Below, in pieces: positions 62,739-64,000 of a stretch of 64,000 nucleotides of DNA. The translations under genes were made by a program, and so were the position numbers. The stretch is from Gemmatimonadota bacterium (GTDB lineage: Bacteria > Latescibacterota > UBA2968 > UBA8231): positions 361 through 64,360 of the forward strand of contig JAYOKQ010000009.1 of NCBI GenBank assembly GCA_038119905.1, in the 5' to 3' direction. How positions within the stretch are numbered: position 1 is the stretch's first letter; every line of letters begins with the position of its first letter. A model generated the notes under the pieces. The model was given only the letters and a program-made list of their open reading frames with translations. It did not search any database and was not told where the DNA came from.

Positions 62739-64000
62739 TGACGGATAGACCGAACGTGCTGGTTATTATGAGTGACCAGCAAAAGGCCACGGCCAGCCAT
62801 CTGTATGGGAACAGCTTTTGCCAGACGCCGTCAATGCAGCGCTTGGCCGATGATGGAGTGCTCTATGAAAACGCCATTACCCCACATCCGCTGTGCATGC
62901 CGGCACGCGTCTCGTTCTGGGCTTCGCAATATCCCCATACGCACGGCGGTCGCCGGAACCAGACGCCCATGCCCGGAGATGCCTGCCATGCCTGGAAGCT
63001 GTGGAAAGAGGCCGGCTATACGACGGGGCTAATTGGCAAGAACCACTGCTTTGAGACCGAAGAAGATCGGCAGCTATTTGACGTGTGGAATGCCTTTACG
63101 CACGGCGGTCGTCGCGAGGGGCCTTCTACGTGGGGTATGGAGTGGTTTCGCCCAGAAGCCGGTCGGCAGAAAGTAGCCCAGTGCGTGCGGGACATGCAGC
63201 CGCAGACGCCTAGCTTTGCCTATGGCAGCAACGATCTGCCGTTGGAGGATCATTCCACGGGGCTTATCGCTGGCCAAACGGTGCGCTTTTTGGAACGGCA
63301 TCAAGACGAGCCGTTTGCCCTGTGGGTTTCTCTGCCCGATCCACACGAGCCGTGGATGGCTCCCAGACAGTATACCTCAATGTTCGACCGAGACCGCATT
63401 GAGCTACCGCCCCAACGCGAAGACGAATTTCTCGACGGAACGGCACCCGAGCGCAACCGCGTTCTCTATAATATCCTCAACTGGCGCGAAGACGATATAC
63501 TCGACGTCTACGGCGTCATGGGGGCTTATTACGGGATGGTGCGTTTCCTAGACGACGGGCTCGGGCAAATTCTCGACGCCTTAGAACGGTTCAATCTGCG
63601 CGACAATACGATTGTAGTTTTCTGCTCTGATCACGGCGACTTTATGGGCGAGCACGGCATGACCTGTAAAGGCGGCGTATTCTACGATTGCCTGACGCGG
63701 GTGCCGCTGATCGTTTCTTGGCCTGGACATATAGCTGGGGGGGTGCGCGATGCCAGTATGGTGAACCTGATAGATGTAGTGCCCACGCTGCTCAATCTGC
63801 AGGAGATGGACATTCCGCGCTCGATGCACGGACAGCGCCTGCCTACGGTCACGGATGCGGCACCGCGCGATGCGACGTTCTCCGAGTACGGCAGCGGAGG
63901 GCCAGCCTTTACGCAGGCCGACCTCGAGCAATTGCCCCGCCCCTGGGGACGGTCGGCGCTGATGCGTTCGCTGCAGTGGCGGGAGGCGGAGGGACGGCGT
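62738..64000 (+). CDS. Sulfatase, no signal peptide, 3' end truncated by window edge
   Basis: Not in the ORF track because no stop is reached. ATG 62738 overlaps the upstream stop (TGATG). MTDRPNVLVIMSDQQ..., formylglycine motif LCMPARVSFWASQ, later SDHGDFMGEHG. The frame is open to nt 64000. Confidence 0.85.
   Translation, partial: MTDRPNVLVIMSDQQKATASHLYGNSFCQTPSMQRLADDGVLYENAITPHPLCMPARVSFWASQYPHTHGGRRNQTPMPGDACHAWKLWKEAGYTTGLIGKNHCFETEEDRQLFDVWNAFTHGGRREGPSTWGMEWFRPEAGRQKVAQCVRDMQPQTPSFAYGSNDLPLEDHSTGLIAGQTVRFLERHQDEPFALWVSLPDPHEPWMAPRQYTSMFDRDRIELPPQREDEFLDGTAPERNRVLYNILNWREDDILDVYGVMGAYYGMVRFLDDGLGQILDALERFNLRDNTIVVFCSDHGDFMGEHGMTCKGGVFYDCLTRVPLIVSWPGHIAGGVRDASMVNLIDVVPTLLNLQEMDIPRSMHGQRLPTVTDAAPRDATFSEYGSGGPAFTQADLEQLPRPWGRSALMRSLQWREAEGRR

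Noticed and set aside
1-64000. Search by eye for tRNA/rRNA/tmRNA genes, CRISPR arrays, IS elements, integrases, long tandem repeats and known riboswitches in the roughly 18 intergenic regions longer than 60 nt
   Set aside because: Nothing convincing was found. The intergenic regions are short and are explained by promoters and hairpin terminators. A covariance-model scan (tRNAscan-SE, Rfam) would be needed to exclude small structured RNAs.

Overview
This is a GC-rich, very gene-dense bacterial chromosomal segment. I call 58 protein-coding genes, two of them cut by the window edges. I found no tRNA or rRNA genes, no CRISPR array, and no transposase or integrase.

Gene content:
- Housekeeping: dapF-like, yicC, cmk, coaBC, a family-4 UDG, dnaB, obg, glgP, dcd, pepA, serC, ssb, metH and a dCMP deaminase.
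- Heterotrophic catabolism: three sulfatase-fold genes, two Gfo/Idh/MocA oxidoreductases, two enolase-superfamily enzymes, a xylose-isomerase-like TIM barrel, an RraA-like protein, a rhamnose-mutarotase-like protein, GlcD/GlcF-like oxidase subunits, several SDRs and a PfkB kinase.
- Peptidases of families M32, M19, M17 and M48.
- Genes 4296-18546 form one uninterrupted plus-strand train with tiny gaps or overlaps.

The organism is a diderm, since Omp85-type and BamB-like genes are present. The sulfatase / Gfo / enolase / DUF3179 mix resembles polysaccharide-degrading PVC/FCB-type or candidate-phylum bacteria. I cannot assign taxonomy from the sequence alone.

I saw no canonical defence system, prophage or secondary-metabolite cluster. 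The best candidates for something undescribed, in my order of preference:
1. An outer-membrane module at 6.2-11.8 kb. It is led by a protease + TolB-propeller + Omp85-barrel fusion, followed by a BamB-like lipoprotein, a small membrane protein and an FN3/propeller lipoprotein.
2. An extremely AT-rich micro-locus at 38.5-39.45 kb upstream of ssb. It has a near-consensus promoter, an operator-like palindrome, a leader hairpin and three tiny ORFs.
3. A translationally coupled operon at 0.8-4.2 kb: nucleosidase, SPL-type radical SAM enzyme, SDR and M48 peptidase.
4. A DapF homologue in which both catalytic cysteines are serines.

All functional calls come from motifs read by eye in the supplied translations. 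No database search was run.
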